A stretch of 63,218 bases of DNA, counting the filler, from Saprolegnia diclina VS20 (lineage: Eukaryota), in assembly GCF_000281045.1 (NCBI RefSeq). It is 3 parts of 2 records of this genome, joined end to end, with 100 filler letters (N's around TTAATTAATTAA, not from the genome) between each part and the next. Parts side by side here need not be neighbours in the genome. Positions count along the whole stretch, not along the records: positions 1 to 30,308 come from NW_008246189.1; positions 30,409 to 53,298 come from NW_008246190.1; 1 more part is not named here. The stretch is one strand, 5' to 3'. The notes under the pieces were generated by a model. That model did no database searches, was not told where the DNA came from, and saw nothing but the letters and a program-made list of their open reading frames with translations. This document shows, piece after piece, positions 21,766 to 34,133 of the stretch; within the stretch, counting starts at the first letter, position 1, and each line of letters begins with the position of its first letter. The position numbers and the translations under genes are program-made.

Positions 21766-24018
21766 ATGGCCGACGTTGCCATCCGCCACGGCGAGGTCGG
21801 CGAGCACCACTCGGCACAGATCTGGGCACCTGCGATCCTCTTCAAGCGAGGTACGATCTACCTGCATTGGTCATTCCATGTGCTTACGCTGTCCTTCGTG
21901 TGACGCAGCGCGGCTCACACCGGGCACGTATGTGCGCGTCGCGTGCCCGACCACTGGTGCGATGGCCTATCGCCAAGCGCGCCTCCTGCCGGCTCCGGCC
22001 GCCGACGCACCGGTGAGCGAGGCCTGGGTAGGCGCTTTCGATCATGTACACGGCTCCATCGCGCGTGTCCAAGCACTGCCATCACATCGACTGCCAACGA
22101 TTGCGCACGTGCACCTCGAGTGGCAGCCGTCGGCCGTGACATTGCCGCCACCGCCTGTCGGCCTCATGATGGACGCGCTTCTGGAAGACGGCATGGTATG
22201 GCGCTGTCGGTGGTTTGGCACCGACTATGGCCATTGGCGCTGCCGCATCTTTCCGTGTACCCCGACGCCACTTGGTTCTGGCGCCTCGGCGGTGCTTGGG
22301 GTCGTTGGCAAGACGACGCAGGTGACGTTCTCGGGGCACCCGTCGTCAACCGGATTTTGCCTCGTGGACTTGACCGGCCAGTGCGGCGTGCCCAGCGAAG
22401 CACTCGCCAATCTGTCCGAGCTCTTGCTGCCGCAGCTGCAGTCCTCGACATCGTCGCCGAGCCACGCCCTGCTCGCGGGGCCGCTTGGCAGCGGCAAATT
22501 GCACACGGCGCGGCAGCTCGCCAAGGACGCGAATGCGCGATTTCTCCTCCTCGATGCGCAAGTGACGGCGGCCACCGACGTTGCGAGCGTGCTCAGCGAT
22601 TGCTTTCATGCGCTGCTCGCCATGGCGCCAGCGATCCTCTGCATTCCCCACATTGAGCGCATCTTTCCCAAGTCTCTTGGAGCGACGGGCGGCGGTAGCG
22701 AGCGCCGCATCATCGACCTTTGCTCGCGCCTCGTCACGCTAGGTCTCTGCCCGTCGACTCAATACGAGTCTCATGTTAATCCTAGGTCAGTACCCCGACC
22801 GCGTCGCCGTCATTGGCACCTCGGTCGACCCGACGACTCTCCATCCCAAGGTCCGCGCGTGCTTTACAGATGAGCTTTCGATGCCAGTGACGACGCTGCC
22901 GTTCCGTCGCCAGCTCCTCGCCCACTTTGTCGCGCAGAAGAGCGACGTCGCTGTGGTCGGCGATACCGATTCGCAGCTCATTCAGTGCGGGCAGCAACCC
23001 AGCGACATACTCGCCGTCGCCAACTCGTTCGACCTAGCGTCGCAGCTCGCGCGTCTCCAGCTCAGCGCTACGAAGTCGCTCGTCTCGGTGCCCAAGGTGG
23101 CGTGGAGTGACATTGGCGGTGCCGACCATATCAAGCAGCAGCTCCAAGAAATGGTCGTGTGGCCCTTCGAGAAGCCGCACGTGTTTCGACGCATGGGCAT
23201 CTCGCCGCCGATCGGTCTCATCTTGTACGGCCCACCCGGGACGGGCAAGACGATGCTCGCCAAGGCCGCAGCGACGGCCACGTCCTGCAACTTTCTCAAT
23301 GTGACGGCCAGCGACCTCCTCTCGAGCGAGTTTGGCGCGAGCGAGCGCGCCTTGGCGGACGTTTTTCGAACGGCAAAGGCCATGAGTCCCTGCATTGTCT
23401 TTCTCGACGAGTTTCAGTCCATCTTTGCCAATCGGTCCGGCGCCGGGCAGGTACCGGCTCAATTTCTCCCATTTTTGTTGTTGAATAATCGCAAAACTCT
23501 AGATTGGCGCGAGCATGGCGTCGCAGCTGCTGCAGGAAATGGACGCGCTCAAAGCTCTCAGTGACGAGTCGCCCGACACGCATCTGCAGTACGTCTTTGT
23601 CTTAGCCGCGACCAACGCTTTGGACGCGATCGACGATGCCTTCTTGCAGCCCGGTCGGTTTGAAAACATCTTGTACGTGGGGTACCCCGACGACGACGGC
23701 CGGCGCCAGATCCTGGTACGGTGGTCCATTACGTACACGAGTGAACTCGTTGGAGTAGACACTGCTGCAAATCAGCATGACATGGGCCGACGACGTGGCC
23801 TTGGAGGGGCTCGTGGACTCGACGAAGGGTCTCAGCGCCGCCGAAATCGTCTCGGTCGTGCGCACAGCCGGCCTCCTCTCGCTCATGCGCCAAGGCTCCG
23901 AGCAGGTGCGCTTCTTGGACTCTTAGTCCGTTTCTTATCCACGGCGTAGGTGCATCAAGAGGCCTTTGACGACGCACTGCTCCAAGTGTGGCAACGCCAT
24001 ATCCCTCTCGCGACCTAA
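21766..24018 (+). CDS. Type II AAA+ ATPase (CDC48/SPATA5/PEX-related) with degenerate D1 and intact D2, multi-exon
   Basis: D1 GPLGSGKL with eroded Walker B; D2 WSDIGG, YGPPGTGKT, VFLDEF, LAATN, QPGRFE. Confidence 0.85.
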
Positions 24019-24297
24019 TGACTGTCCTTGTCATCTCTATTTGAACCGACAGGATCGCTTGTTCGCAGCGTGTTGGGCTGTCACCGCTACAATGGCAGCT
24101 AGCAACAATGCTCGTATCCACGCGGTTGCGCTGCGCTACACAGGGTCCTTGGGTGATTCGACTTGCGGCATTACGCGAGTCTTGTGGTCAGAAAACACGG
24201 CGACGATTTCCCCACAAGCCCTGTATGGTACATTGCTCTACGCCCGCGTACGCCAACGTGACGCGCTCGCCTCAGAACATGATGCATCACACTCTTC

Positions 24298-25918
24298 TTA
24301 TGCCGTCAACAGCCCACGCTTAGCGAGTTCTTGGACGGTGGCCGCCGGGAGGAACTGGAGAATGTCGGCTTGCTGCTTGGCATACGTGGTCGCGATGCGC
24401 TGGAGCGTCGCATCAAGCGCTACGTGCCATCGTCCGTGAGAAAGAACTGAACATAAGAGCTGTGTACCTAGCGTGAGCTGGTCGACCGCCGGTTGCTTGG
24501 CGCGGGTGTGTGCGTCGAGGGCCATGCGCAGCGCGAGAAGGCTCGAGAGCATCGCTGGCACCGACAGCTGCACGTACCCCTGCTTGTCCTTGGCGTACGA
24601 CGCCGCTACGACAAGCCCCATGGCTTCGACGACGTGGAGCACCTCCTAGTCAAACTAGTTGATGGGTGGTCCGTCACTTCGCAAGACGTACCGTGACCGA
24701 GAGGAAGACGAGCGAGAGCACCATGTCGGTCGCCAGACGCTGCCACGCCGCGGACGCGGACGGCGCCGACGACAAGAGCGACAGCGGCGTGACCTCGCCT
24801 GAGACGAGCGTGCGCAGAAGCGACGCCCATGACGTAGCTTGCATCGGTACCGAACCGAGAGCCGCCGGCAGCATGGACTTCCACGTCGCAACGGCCTGCA
24901 GCTGCTGCGTGAGGAGGTCGAGGGTTGCCGTCGCAAACTGAAACGTGCGCGACCACGTGGCCTCGGACGCAAAGAGCGTCGCAGGCGCTTTTGTGGCCGC
25001 CGCGACGAGGTCGCCCGCGGCAAAGGATGCTTCCCAGATGGCGAGTGCGCGGTAGGACGGCGCCATCGCCTTGGACTTCATCGCGGTCGCCCGCGCGGAG
25101 AGAAAATCAAGCTGGACCTTCTGCAGCGCAATGCGGTACGGCTCCTTGCTGTCAGCGAGGGGCGACGCGGGGAGCGGGTACGCACTCAGCCACGCGTGCG
25201 TGAGCGGCGTCGGCGGCGACGCGGCGCCCGGCCGCGCAAACAAGTGCGCAAAAGTCCAGTGGACGAGAAGCAGCACGGCAAAGAGAACGCTGCTCGAGAC
25301 AAGCGCGTGCCACGAGAGGCTCCACGACATGAGGCCCGCGACCAGCGTGGCGCCGAAAGCGTACTGGAGGCCAACGCTGAGCGTCGCGCCGTACGAGGCT
25401 TCGAGCGCACCAATCGGGTCGGTCATGGCCCGGAAGGCGAGCGGGTGCACGCTCGAGAATGCGAGTACATAGGACAAGCCGAAGCCCTGCACAAGCGAGA
25501 GAGCGCCGAGATGCTCAATGTGCGACGGCGAGACGTAGCAGACGAAGATGAGGTGCCAGAGGTAGCTCGTTACCGCCAAGACAAGCACGAGCAGCACTGT
25601 TTCCATACGCAGCGCGCGTGCGGCGGCCGCAGTCCAGTACGCTGGCGACGAAGACGGCAGACGCTGCGGCAGTGAGAAGAGAAGCACGATAGAGATAGCC
25701 CAGCTGCCAAGCACGAGAAGCACGAGCCCAATCGAGACTGCGATCCATTCGACGACCTGGGCCACATCGAGCGCGTACGCTTGGACGTTGGTAAGGCGCA
25801 AGGTGGCGAGAAGTGTCAGGAACGCATTGCCGCCGAGGCTAAGGAGCGCAGTGGCGGCTACAGCGCTGACGACGACGCCGGGCAGCGCGCCCGCGATCCG
25901 ACTCCGTACACGGTCCAT
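24298..25918 (-). CDS. NDC1: Transmembrane nucleoporin NDC1
   Basis: About six N-terminal TM helices plus C-terminal LVVAASYAKDKQGYVQLSVPAMLSSLLAL and TLQRIATTY, resembling the NDC1 C-terminal motifs. Confidence 0.75.
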
Positions 25919-26120
25919 CGGTGCAAAAGTATGGCGCTGGGCAACAAACCTCTGGGAATTGGTGCATTTGTATAAAATGCTACAGGATTACCCACGAGCG
26001 ATGCCATTGGCCAATCGATCGGATGTGCTCTGCGATTGGGTGCCCCATCGAGCAAGTCAGCGATATCCGGCTCAACTCTGGCAATGTCCGGATAAAAGCA
26101 TCCGACGCTTCTTGACAGGC

Positions 26121-28266
26121 ATGACCGCGACCTTCCAACGCGTCGTCCTCGCCCAGCCCGAGATCGCATCCATGATCTTTGAGTTTCAGTTTGGTCTCTA
26201 CGAAGACGTGCGCCCGGCCTTCCGCGCCTGTAAGGAGCTCATCGCGTATGGCGTCAAGCGCTACATGTACGAGAGCGACGTGTCCTTCTTCGCGACGTTT
26301 GCGCCGCACGCCGCGTGGCCCCGCACCTCGAATGTCTTCGGCGCCCCGAGGTATTGCCTGCACCCGCGTCAGCGCGACGAGCGCTTGCCGCTGCACATGG
26401 CAGTTGCCGGTGGCTGCGTGGAACTGACCAAACGCATGCTTCGTTGTCGGCCCGACCTCGCCTCGGAAGATATGATCGTCTTGGCCTTCCACAAGGACCG
26501 CCTCGACCTTGTCGAGGTCCTGCTCTCTTTGCGAGCGACTGTTCCCGAGCTACAGGCGCGCGGCCTCATGAATGAAACGGGTGCGCTTCCTATGGAGGCC
26601 TCCTCGTGGAGACTGACAATGCCGGCGGCCTACTGTAGATGGGCGCCCAGAGTACAGCTGCTATTTGACCCGCATCCTCGCTCGAGACGACTCGAAGCGG
26701 CTGATTTTGGCCGAGCGCTTTGGCTTGCGCCCCGACGAGTACACGGCGTATAGCCGACGCGAAGCGTTCCTGCATGCAACGCTCGAGAACGCAACACTCG
26801 CGCTCCAACTGTTTCCTTGGCTTTGCTACTCGGGCATCTTGGACGATGTCGCGGGCAAAGGGTTCTTGCCGCTCGTGATCTCACTGCACGAACGCGAGCT
26901 CAACTGCTCGACGAAGGCGATGGACACGGCCGCTGCCAACGGCCATTTGGAGGTCGTTCGCTTTCTGCATGAGCACCGACGCGAAGGGTGTACGACGAGG
27001 GCCATGGACGAGGCGGCGACCAATGGAAACTTGGAGGTTGTCCGGTTTCTGCACGCTAGCCGAACGGAAGGCTGCACGATCGAGGCGCTTGACGGCGCCG
27101 CTCGTAATGGTTTGCTCGCGATTGTCCGCTTCCTCATTGAGCACCGCGCTGAGGGCGCATCGCCCCACATTCTCGACGCGGCCGCCGCAAAAGGCCACTA
27201 TGGTGTCGTCCAGTACCTCCACAGCCTTGGCTCATTTGACGCAACCGTCGCTGCTGTCGACGACGCTGCGAGATTCGGTCATCGAGAAGTCGTCGAGTTT
27301 CTCTTGACCAACCGACGCGAAGGCTGCACCCACGACACGGTCGTCCAGAACGCGCTCGAGAATGGTCATCTGCGCACAGCCGCGTACCTCCTCTCGCTCA
27401 AGTACCGGTTTCCAACTGGGAGGATGAACTGGAACGCGGATAGCTTCCACAAGCCCGAGATCGTTGGTGTCCTCCAGATGTACATGGACCACGGCGGGCC
27501 GTGGGACGACAACTGGATGTCGTTTGCGTGCGAGGCCAGCAACTTGCCGCTCGTTCAGCTCCTTCACAAGAACGCGACGGCTCGGTGCCGCCCCAACGCG
27601 CTCAAGACGGCGATCAACAACAAGGCGTGGGTCGTCGTGTACTTTCTCCTAGCCAACGGCGCGGCCGACGTTACGTTGGATGTGCTCAGAGCTCTGCTGT
27701 GCATGGAGCGCTTCGACGATGTGACGCACCTTTTGCAGTTTTCGCCAAAGCAACGTGAATTCGCCCAACTCTTGCTGTGGGCTGCGCGAACCCACCGCAC
27801 CGAGGCGACACGACATCTCCTCGCCCTCGGTATCGGCGAGCCACGTGGGTGCCTCGTCGAAATAGCCGGTTGCAAACAACACGTGACGGAGAGCACGCTG
27901 GCATTGCCGTACTGTATGGATGCGACGGACCATCTCGGCAACGTCATCTACCTTCTGCGTCTCTACAAGGTACCTTGTCGCCGCCGCGCAACGGTGCTAC
28001 GACTCATCACACAAGAACTTACGCACCAAGGAAGCAAGGCCAGCCAAACCATCGATATGCCACCTTGCGTCGCGGCGCGCGCGACAGCGTTGTTGGCGCT
28101 AGGGGCCGTTGTCGACTGGGCACTGGCCCTTGTCATTTGTCATCTTCATGCAACCCACGCCGCGACGACCACGTCGCAGCTCCGTAAGGAGGCTGCACTA
28201 GTCCAGGACCTCGATCTCAAGATACAGCTGACGCGCCTCATCCGTAGCAAGCAAATAACGTCCTAG
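26121..28266 (+). CDS. Ankyrin-repeat protein (Saprolegnia-type expanded family), 2 exons
   Basis: Repeated AMDxAAxNGHLEVVRFLHxxRxEGCT; intron 26581-26638 with CTGAC branch point links the two ORFs. Confidence 0.92.
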
Positions 28267-29271
28267 CGACGTACTTGGAGTGCAATCCGGTCGATTGATG
28301 TCGAGATATGGACATAATTGTCCAGAATACGAAAAACTACTTTTATACGAGCATATGACTGCCACCCCACGATCCCCACCAAGCCTGCGGAACAAGCCAC
28401 TTTACTTGTTAGCACAGTTGGTTCGATGCTTCGTTGGTTGTTTTTGTTGATTTTAACCAATCCAGTACGATGTTGCCGAATCCATCACTGGGCTGGTGAG
28501 GCGGGGTGCTTGAAAGCCCAGGTCATCTCGGAAAACGAAATCATCCAAACTTGTTACGATGATAGAAACCACGTTGTCGACTACTAAACGCCGCACCATG
28601 TCGCCAATTGAGGCGCCTAACGCGAGATATCCGAGAAACTACTAATTATGGCAAGTATCATATCTAGCCATATTTGTTCGTTCTTCTCGCTCATGAGCAC
28701 GCAGCCACGGCACAACTCTGCGCCCACAACTACATGTATGGAGCAAAGATATGCAAGTCTTGTTTCACGCATCAACATTGAAACGTCGAGACGGGGAGCG
28801 CAGTCATCGATGGAGAAATAGTGCCCAAGGTGGCCCAAGGTGGCGCCGTGATTGGCATGCGTGTTGATCTTGTGAGCTCCCACATTTAGTGGAGATAACA
28901 GCAAACAACCAACATAACCAAGTCAAGTGCAACCACAAAACATCGCGGTGGGCTTTGAGCGAACACTATGGGGCGAGTAAAACTAGTTTGCGCAGCGCAT
29001 GCAAAAAAAGAGATGAGAATGTGGGAGTTCATTTTATTACCGGCTTTTCATCCGGCGGCCCGCGTGGATCGCAAATACAACCACGTCGAAAGTAAGCCCG
29101 TGATTGCCAATTGGCGCGTTGCTGGCATTTTCTTCAAGGATTTTCAGAGCGATGGTCTTGTACGATCTGGGCCACCGATGTGGACGATTGTGGAGCCGCC
29201 CCACCATCACTCACGAACCTCCGGTTGTCAAACTATTGCACAATGCCGAAAGCGTCATCACCCCAATCCCA

Positions 29272-30308
29272 ATGCCACCACAAGCCGCGAAACACTCAAT
29301 GCGTACGGCAAACGACGTGATTCACCGCATCTTGTGGGACGACTGCATTCCACAAGCCGAAGTTATCGTCGGGTACCTCGATCGGTTTGTCGGTACGGTC
29401 GAGCGCGACTTCGCCAAGTTTAATTGGGGGGACATTGCAACCTTGTCACAGAACGAGACCGCGATCCCGCAGCACCGGATCCAGTACTTCAAATGGCGCG
29501 ATGAGGTCATTTGGGACAAGCGCGTGCGCCTCGACCGCGTCTTTGGCTCGTCCGGCCACGACGTGGTTACGTTTTCGCCGGCAACAGCCGCCTCATCACC
29601 GTCGTCTGCCGTCGCGCCGGTCAATGCAGCAGCATCACATATCAGCACGGACTGCGCAAACACGTTGGTGTGCTTTCGCATCATGGACCCCGCGGTTGTC
29701 GACGCATGCAAGCAACTACAAGCCGCAATCATCGCCGCCAACCCGCGACTGGCACCAGCAGCGCTCGCACCGGCGCGCTTCCACTGTACGCTTCTACGAC
29801 TACGCCTCCAATCCCTCAACATTGTGCAGCGACTCACGTCTGACTTGGTCAACGAAGTTGCCATCGTCAAGCGCGTTTTGGTCGAGTGTCAAGGGCTGCT
29901 GCATACTCTGTGCACTTCGAGTGTCAAATTTGAGGGCGTCAGTGCTTTTCGCAACCGCGTCATCTACGCCAAGGCGGCGCCGCACGACGGACTGCTGACG
30001 CTCGTGGCGACGCTGAAAGCGCGGTTATTATCCGCTGGCATCGCGCTCGTTGGCAACTACGACCCGTACGAGCCACATATACAGCTTTTCAAACTCACCA
30101 CGGATCACCGCCGGCTTGGCACCAAGATCAACGCCCGTTCATATGCTGCGTACGCTTCGGACCCCATCGGCTCGCATTCCATCACTAGCATGCATTTTTG
30201 CGCTCTCGACGACACCAGACATATCGCACCTGATGGGTTTTACCCGCAGCTAGCACCACCCGTGGCCAACGTGGCGCCAGCACGGATCACCGTAGACGCG
30301 GCGTCGAC
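29272..30308 (+). CDS. MJ1316-domain plus AKAP7-like 2H phosphoesterase protein (LENG9-like), 3' end truncated by gap
   Basis: MRTANDVIHRILWD...VGYLDRF...IPQHRIQYFK...WDKRVRLD, followed by FHCTL and PHIQLFK. Confidence 0.85.
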
Positions 30309-30408
30309 NNNNNNNNNNNNNNNNNNNNNNNNNNNNNNNNNNNNNNNNNNNNTTAATTAATTAANNNNNNNNNNNNNNNNNNNNNNNNNNNNNNNNNNNN
30401 NNNNNNNN
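30309..30408. other. Artificial 100-bp gap linker (N44-TTAATTAATTAA-N44)
   Basis: Six-frame-stop 12-mer embedded in Ns; identical linker at 53299. Confidence 0.97.
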
Positions 30409-30987
30409 TGTGCTTCTTCGTGCTGGAGGATAAAGTACTCGTCTTCGTGGGTCTGTTGCAGCTGGTCGAGCTCCTCTTGGAGCATGCCATCGAGGATCTG
30501 GTCGAGGAGTTGCATCGCCTGCTTGCACTTCTACACGCAGCGGTCGATGAGCCTTCGTGCGTCAATGTCAATGCGCTACGTCGTTCAATCGGGCCTTCTC
30601 GGCCGCGTACTTGGTCTGATGGTACTCGCGATGCTGCGGGATACGGTACTGGAAGAGCCTACGACAGACGGCGCATGACGCGATGCAAGTAGGCGCATGG
30701 CGCAACGTACAGGACCATGAGCCAGAGGTAGATGTACCTACATAGGGTCGAGAAGCATGAGAGCGTGTAGAGCGCAACGCGTCGGCGTACGCGTGGTCGT
30801 AGTCGCGCTGGATGGCGTAGAGCTGGCACTGGCGGTACATGACGTGGGCGCGCTGAAAGTACTTGGCGAGCGACACGTGGTTCTTGACGTCCTGCACGAC
30901 GCAGAGCTTCTTGAGCTCCTCGCGCCGGAGGCGGACGCGGTCTTCGGCCTCGCGCCGGAGCGGCGACGGCTTGGTCGTGCTGGCCAT
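30409..30987 (-). CDS. USP8-dimerisation/MIT-like N-terminus of an AMSH/STAMBP-like protein, 3' end truncated by gap
   Basis: SLAKYFQRAHVMYRQCQLYAIQRDYDHAY...LFQYRIPQHREY; JAMM domain not visible. Confidence 0.65.
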
Positions 30988-31646
30988 GACCGACGCTCCA
31001 ACAAGATTGTGTGTCTTACCCACCTTTTTCACGGGTCGTGAATACCACGTGCGACACATATATTTGCACGTGAAAATAACAAAGCGCCTCGCATTTTTCA
31101 CCAGCTTGGACCGCCGTCGCGCTAGAATATTGCTAGTCGCTTGGGCGTTTGGTGTGCTATTCGTTGCAGCGACTGGTGTGCGCTCTCTAGCACGTGCAGC
31201 ACTGCAGCCGCTTGGTGGTCAGCATCGGTCAACCTTGGTGCAAACGAGTTTCACACGTAAAACACACACAAGCTTGTCCAGAGTATCCGGACATTCATGT
31301 CCCAGCATACACTGTTTCCGTCGCCACTGACAATGAATAGTATGAGATGGGATACTACGGCAATCGAGACCAGCTCGATTGTATGATCGCCCGCTGCCGA
31401 CGTGTCGACTACATGCTGTCGTAGTCTTGATTAGTGTCGACGATGTGCTTTGATCCCTGCTGCGCGGCTTTAGAGCTTGTCGGTTGCTCGCCAATATGTA
31501 AACACTATTTGAAAAATGTAATTTGCAATATATAGACACACTATTCAAGATTTCTTATCCGGATACAGAGCCAATCGGCACCGTTTCGAACACTCGACCT
31601 CGAAAGATCTGGCGGAAGCTTTGGCACATCTCGTTCTGCCAGCAGC

Positions 31647-32545
31647 ATGCGCGTCGCCATCAGTCTGGCGCTCGCGCCCATTGCTGTCTCCGCCACCAGC
31701 CTCCTTGGCGGCCCGGCGGTCGTCGCCTTCGCGGCAGCCACGCACGCCACCGACCTCTCGCCGTGCACGGGCCAGCTCTTGGCCTCGACCCCGGCGAGCT
31801 GCGCGTGGCTAGCAGACGCCACTCGCTACGGCGTCGACCAACTCAACCACATGATCAACACGGCGTCACCAGTCATGCCAATGCTCATCGTGTCGGCTGT
31901 CGACAAGCCCGTGGCCGGCGCTTACGAGAGCCACCTCTTGGAGCTGCAAGTGCAAGTCGCCCCGTGCCTTACGCCGTCCAACCATGACGACAAGAAAGCG
32001 ACGCCGCCCTCGAATGCGTACGATCGCAAACTCTATCCTATGTGGCTCATGCAGCATATGCGTAGCCATGTCTGCGACTTTGATTTTGATCAAGTGGCCA
32101 AGTACCAACTCCTGCTGTCCCAGGCCAACGCGACCCAGCGCTGGACGCTTGTCGACAGTCTCCAAGTGTTTGGTGCGACACCATGCTAACAATAAGAGTC
32201 CTTAAAGAAACGATTTTGGTTGTAGATTCTGGCGTCCAAGGCGGCAAGCCAGAATTGCGCCCGCTACCAGATTTCCTACCGGTCCAAGACGCGTCCGAGT
32301 CGCCAGCGGTGCCATTCGGTCAGCTCTTTCTGCATGTGCTCATCGTCGCGGCCTGTCTCTTGTCGATGGTTGCGGTCGTCGCGCACTCACTCAAGACGCG
32401 TCGGGAAGGCTACGCCGCCATCTCGCGCCAAGTCCAGACGAAGCAAGTGCGCCGCGTGGACCTCCGCCACTCGAACCCGGTGCCCCGCCACGAGGAAAAC
32501 GTCCTGCGCTACTCGCACGAGCAAAACGAGCGCTTTGCCGTTTAA
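31647..32545 (+). CDS. Signal-peptide, single-TM hypothetical protein, at least 2 exons
   Basis: Hydrophobic N-terminus; TM LFLHVLIVAACLLSMVAVVA followed by RREGYAAI. Confidence 0.7.
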
Positions 32546-32601
32546 AATAAAAAACACTGCTTGATACTCTGTAGAGGGATCCTCGACGTCGACGATTGCA
32601 G

Positions 32602-33430
32602 CTAGCGACGTCGACCAAAGATCGTCGAGAAGAGTACAATGAGGATCGCGAGGATCATGAAGCCCATGACGCCGTACAGGATGAGCTTCTGGCGCTTGTC
32701 GCGCGCCGACATGCGGTTGAGGATGCGGCCACCTGCGCGCGCCATGTCGTTGACCGACTTGACCTTGTTGTGCGTCGACTCGATCTTTTCTCGGTTCCGG
32801 CTGAGCTCTTCCTGGATGCCAATGGCTACGTAGGAGGATGGTTCATGAGCGTATGCCGACTGATAATCCCGCGGATACCGGTTTCCTCGGTCTCGAGCAC
32901 CGTTTGGTGCGCTGCTGAGATGCGGTCGCCAGTCTGTTTGAGCCTAGAAATGGCTGCGTGATGCGCTGCCACGTGGCAGGACGTGTACGTACTTTTGCGT
33001 GGCGCCTTGCATGCGTGCTCGGGCTTCAGCCGAGCCAAAGAGCCCGTTTTCTTCCTCCTTTTCGCGAATGCGCTTGAGATCGTCCGAGAGCGACTTGAGG
33101 CTCTTCTTGTACTGGTCGACCTTCTTGGAGAGCTCGCGCTTCGTCGCCGCGTCGAGGCTGCGCACTTCAAGGTCCATTTGCTGGATCTATGCAACTTGCA
33201 TGAGCCTCGGAATGGTCGCGCGCGAGCGTACGAGCTGCGTGGCCTGCGTGATCAAGTCGCCCACGTGCGTGATCGCGGTCCGCTTCTTGTCTACGGTCGC
33301 ATGAGCAAACGACCGCTAGCCATGGCGTACCGGGCGCATCTTCGTAGGAAGAGATCTCGCTGATCTTGACCGAGATGGACTGCGCAAGGCTCTTGTACTC
33401 CTCGTCGTAGCCGTCGAAGATCGTCGTCAT
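32602..33430 (-). CDS. VTI1: Qb-SNARE VTI1, multi-exon
   Basis: IFDGYDEEY, QMDLEVRSL, VLETEETG, IQEELSRNREKI, C-terminal TM anchor. Confidence 0.92.
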
Positions 33431-34133
33431 GGTCCGGCCGCTGGCCTCGGTCGGGAGCGTCGAGCGAGAAATGGTGGCTAAATCCGGCGAATAAAATAAA
33501 ATAAATTGTCGCCACGAACCAAAAAATTGCTCAACGTCTACGATCTTCCCAACGCCAAATTCAGCCAATCGTTGATCGACAGAGGGTGCTTTTTGGCCAA
33601 TCAAAGACATCTATAGGTGTAAGCAACAGCGCCGCCGATATTATTTTACACAATTGTCAATGACATCTTGCTCGTTGTATAGACTTGTCGCCAACGCCAT
33701 TGTATTTCGATTGGGAGCACCATCATTCAGAAAACTGAATCGTCATCGCTCACGCGGATGTGTGTCGTTCGCCTCCCAGATCGCATATCCCTACTCCAGC
33801 GCCGACCCGTCAGAAGCCAGGTCCAGACGCTGCAAAGCGTCCTAGAGCTAAGGTCAAATACTAATACTTCGGATCAAGCATTTTGCGCTCGTCGGTCTTT
33901 CCAGCGATCGATCGTATCTCAACACTTCTTGATTTACATAAGTGTGGGCGTACTCGTTCAATATGCAACCTGTTTGTCTACTGGTAGTAGGGATTATTGT
34001 GGTGCCCAGAGGTGGGCGACTCGCATCCCCGAGGTAGACTAATTTCTTGGTTCCGAATCCGTCGTGACCATGTATCACCGCTAGGAGCCACAAATACATT
34101 GCTAAACTATCGCATTGGGATGTCCAGAGATAG

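Noticed and set aside
26550..26700. Apparent frameshift/pseudogene in the ankyrin gene
   Set aside because: Explained by a canonical 58-nt intron with branch point
30353..30364. TTAATTAATTAA palindrome (also 53343-53354) as a biological element
   Set aside because: Centred in N runs totalling exactly 100 bp twice; a six-frame-stop assembly linker
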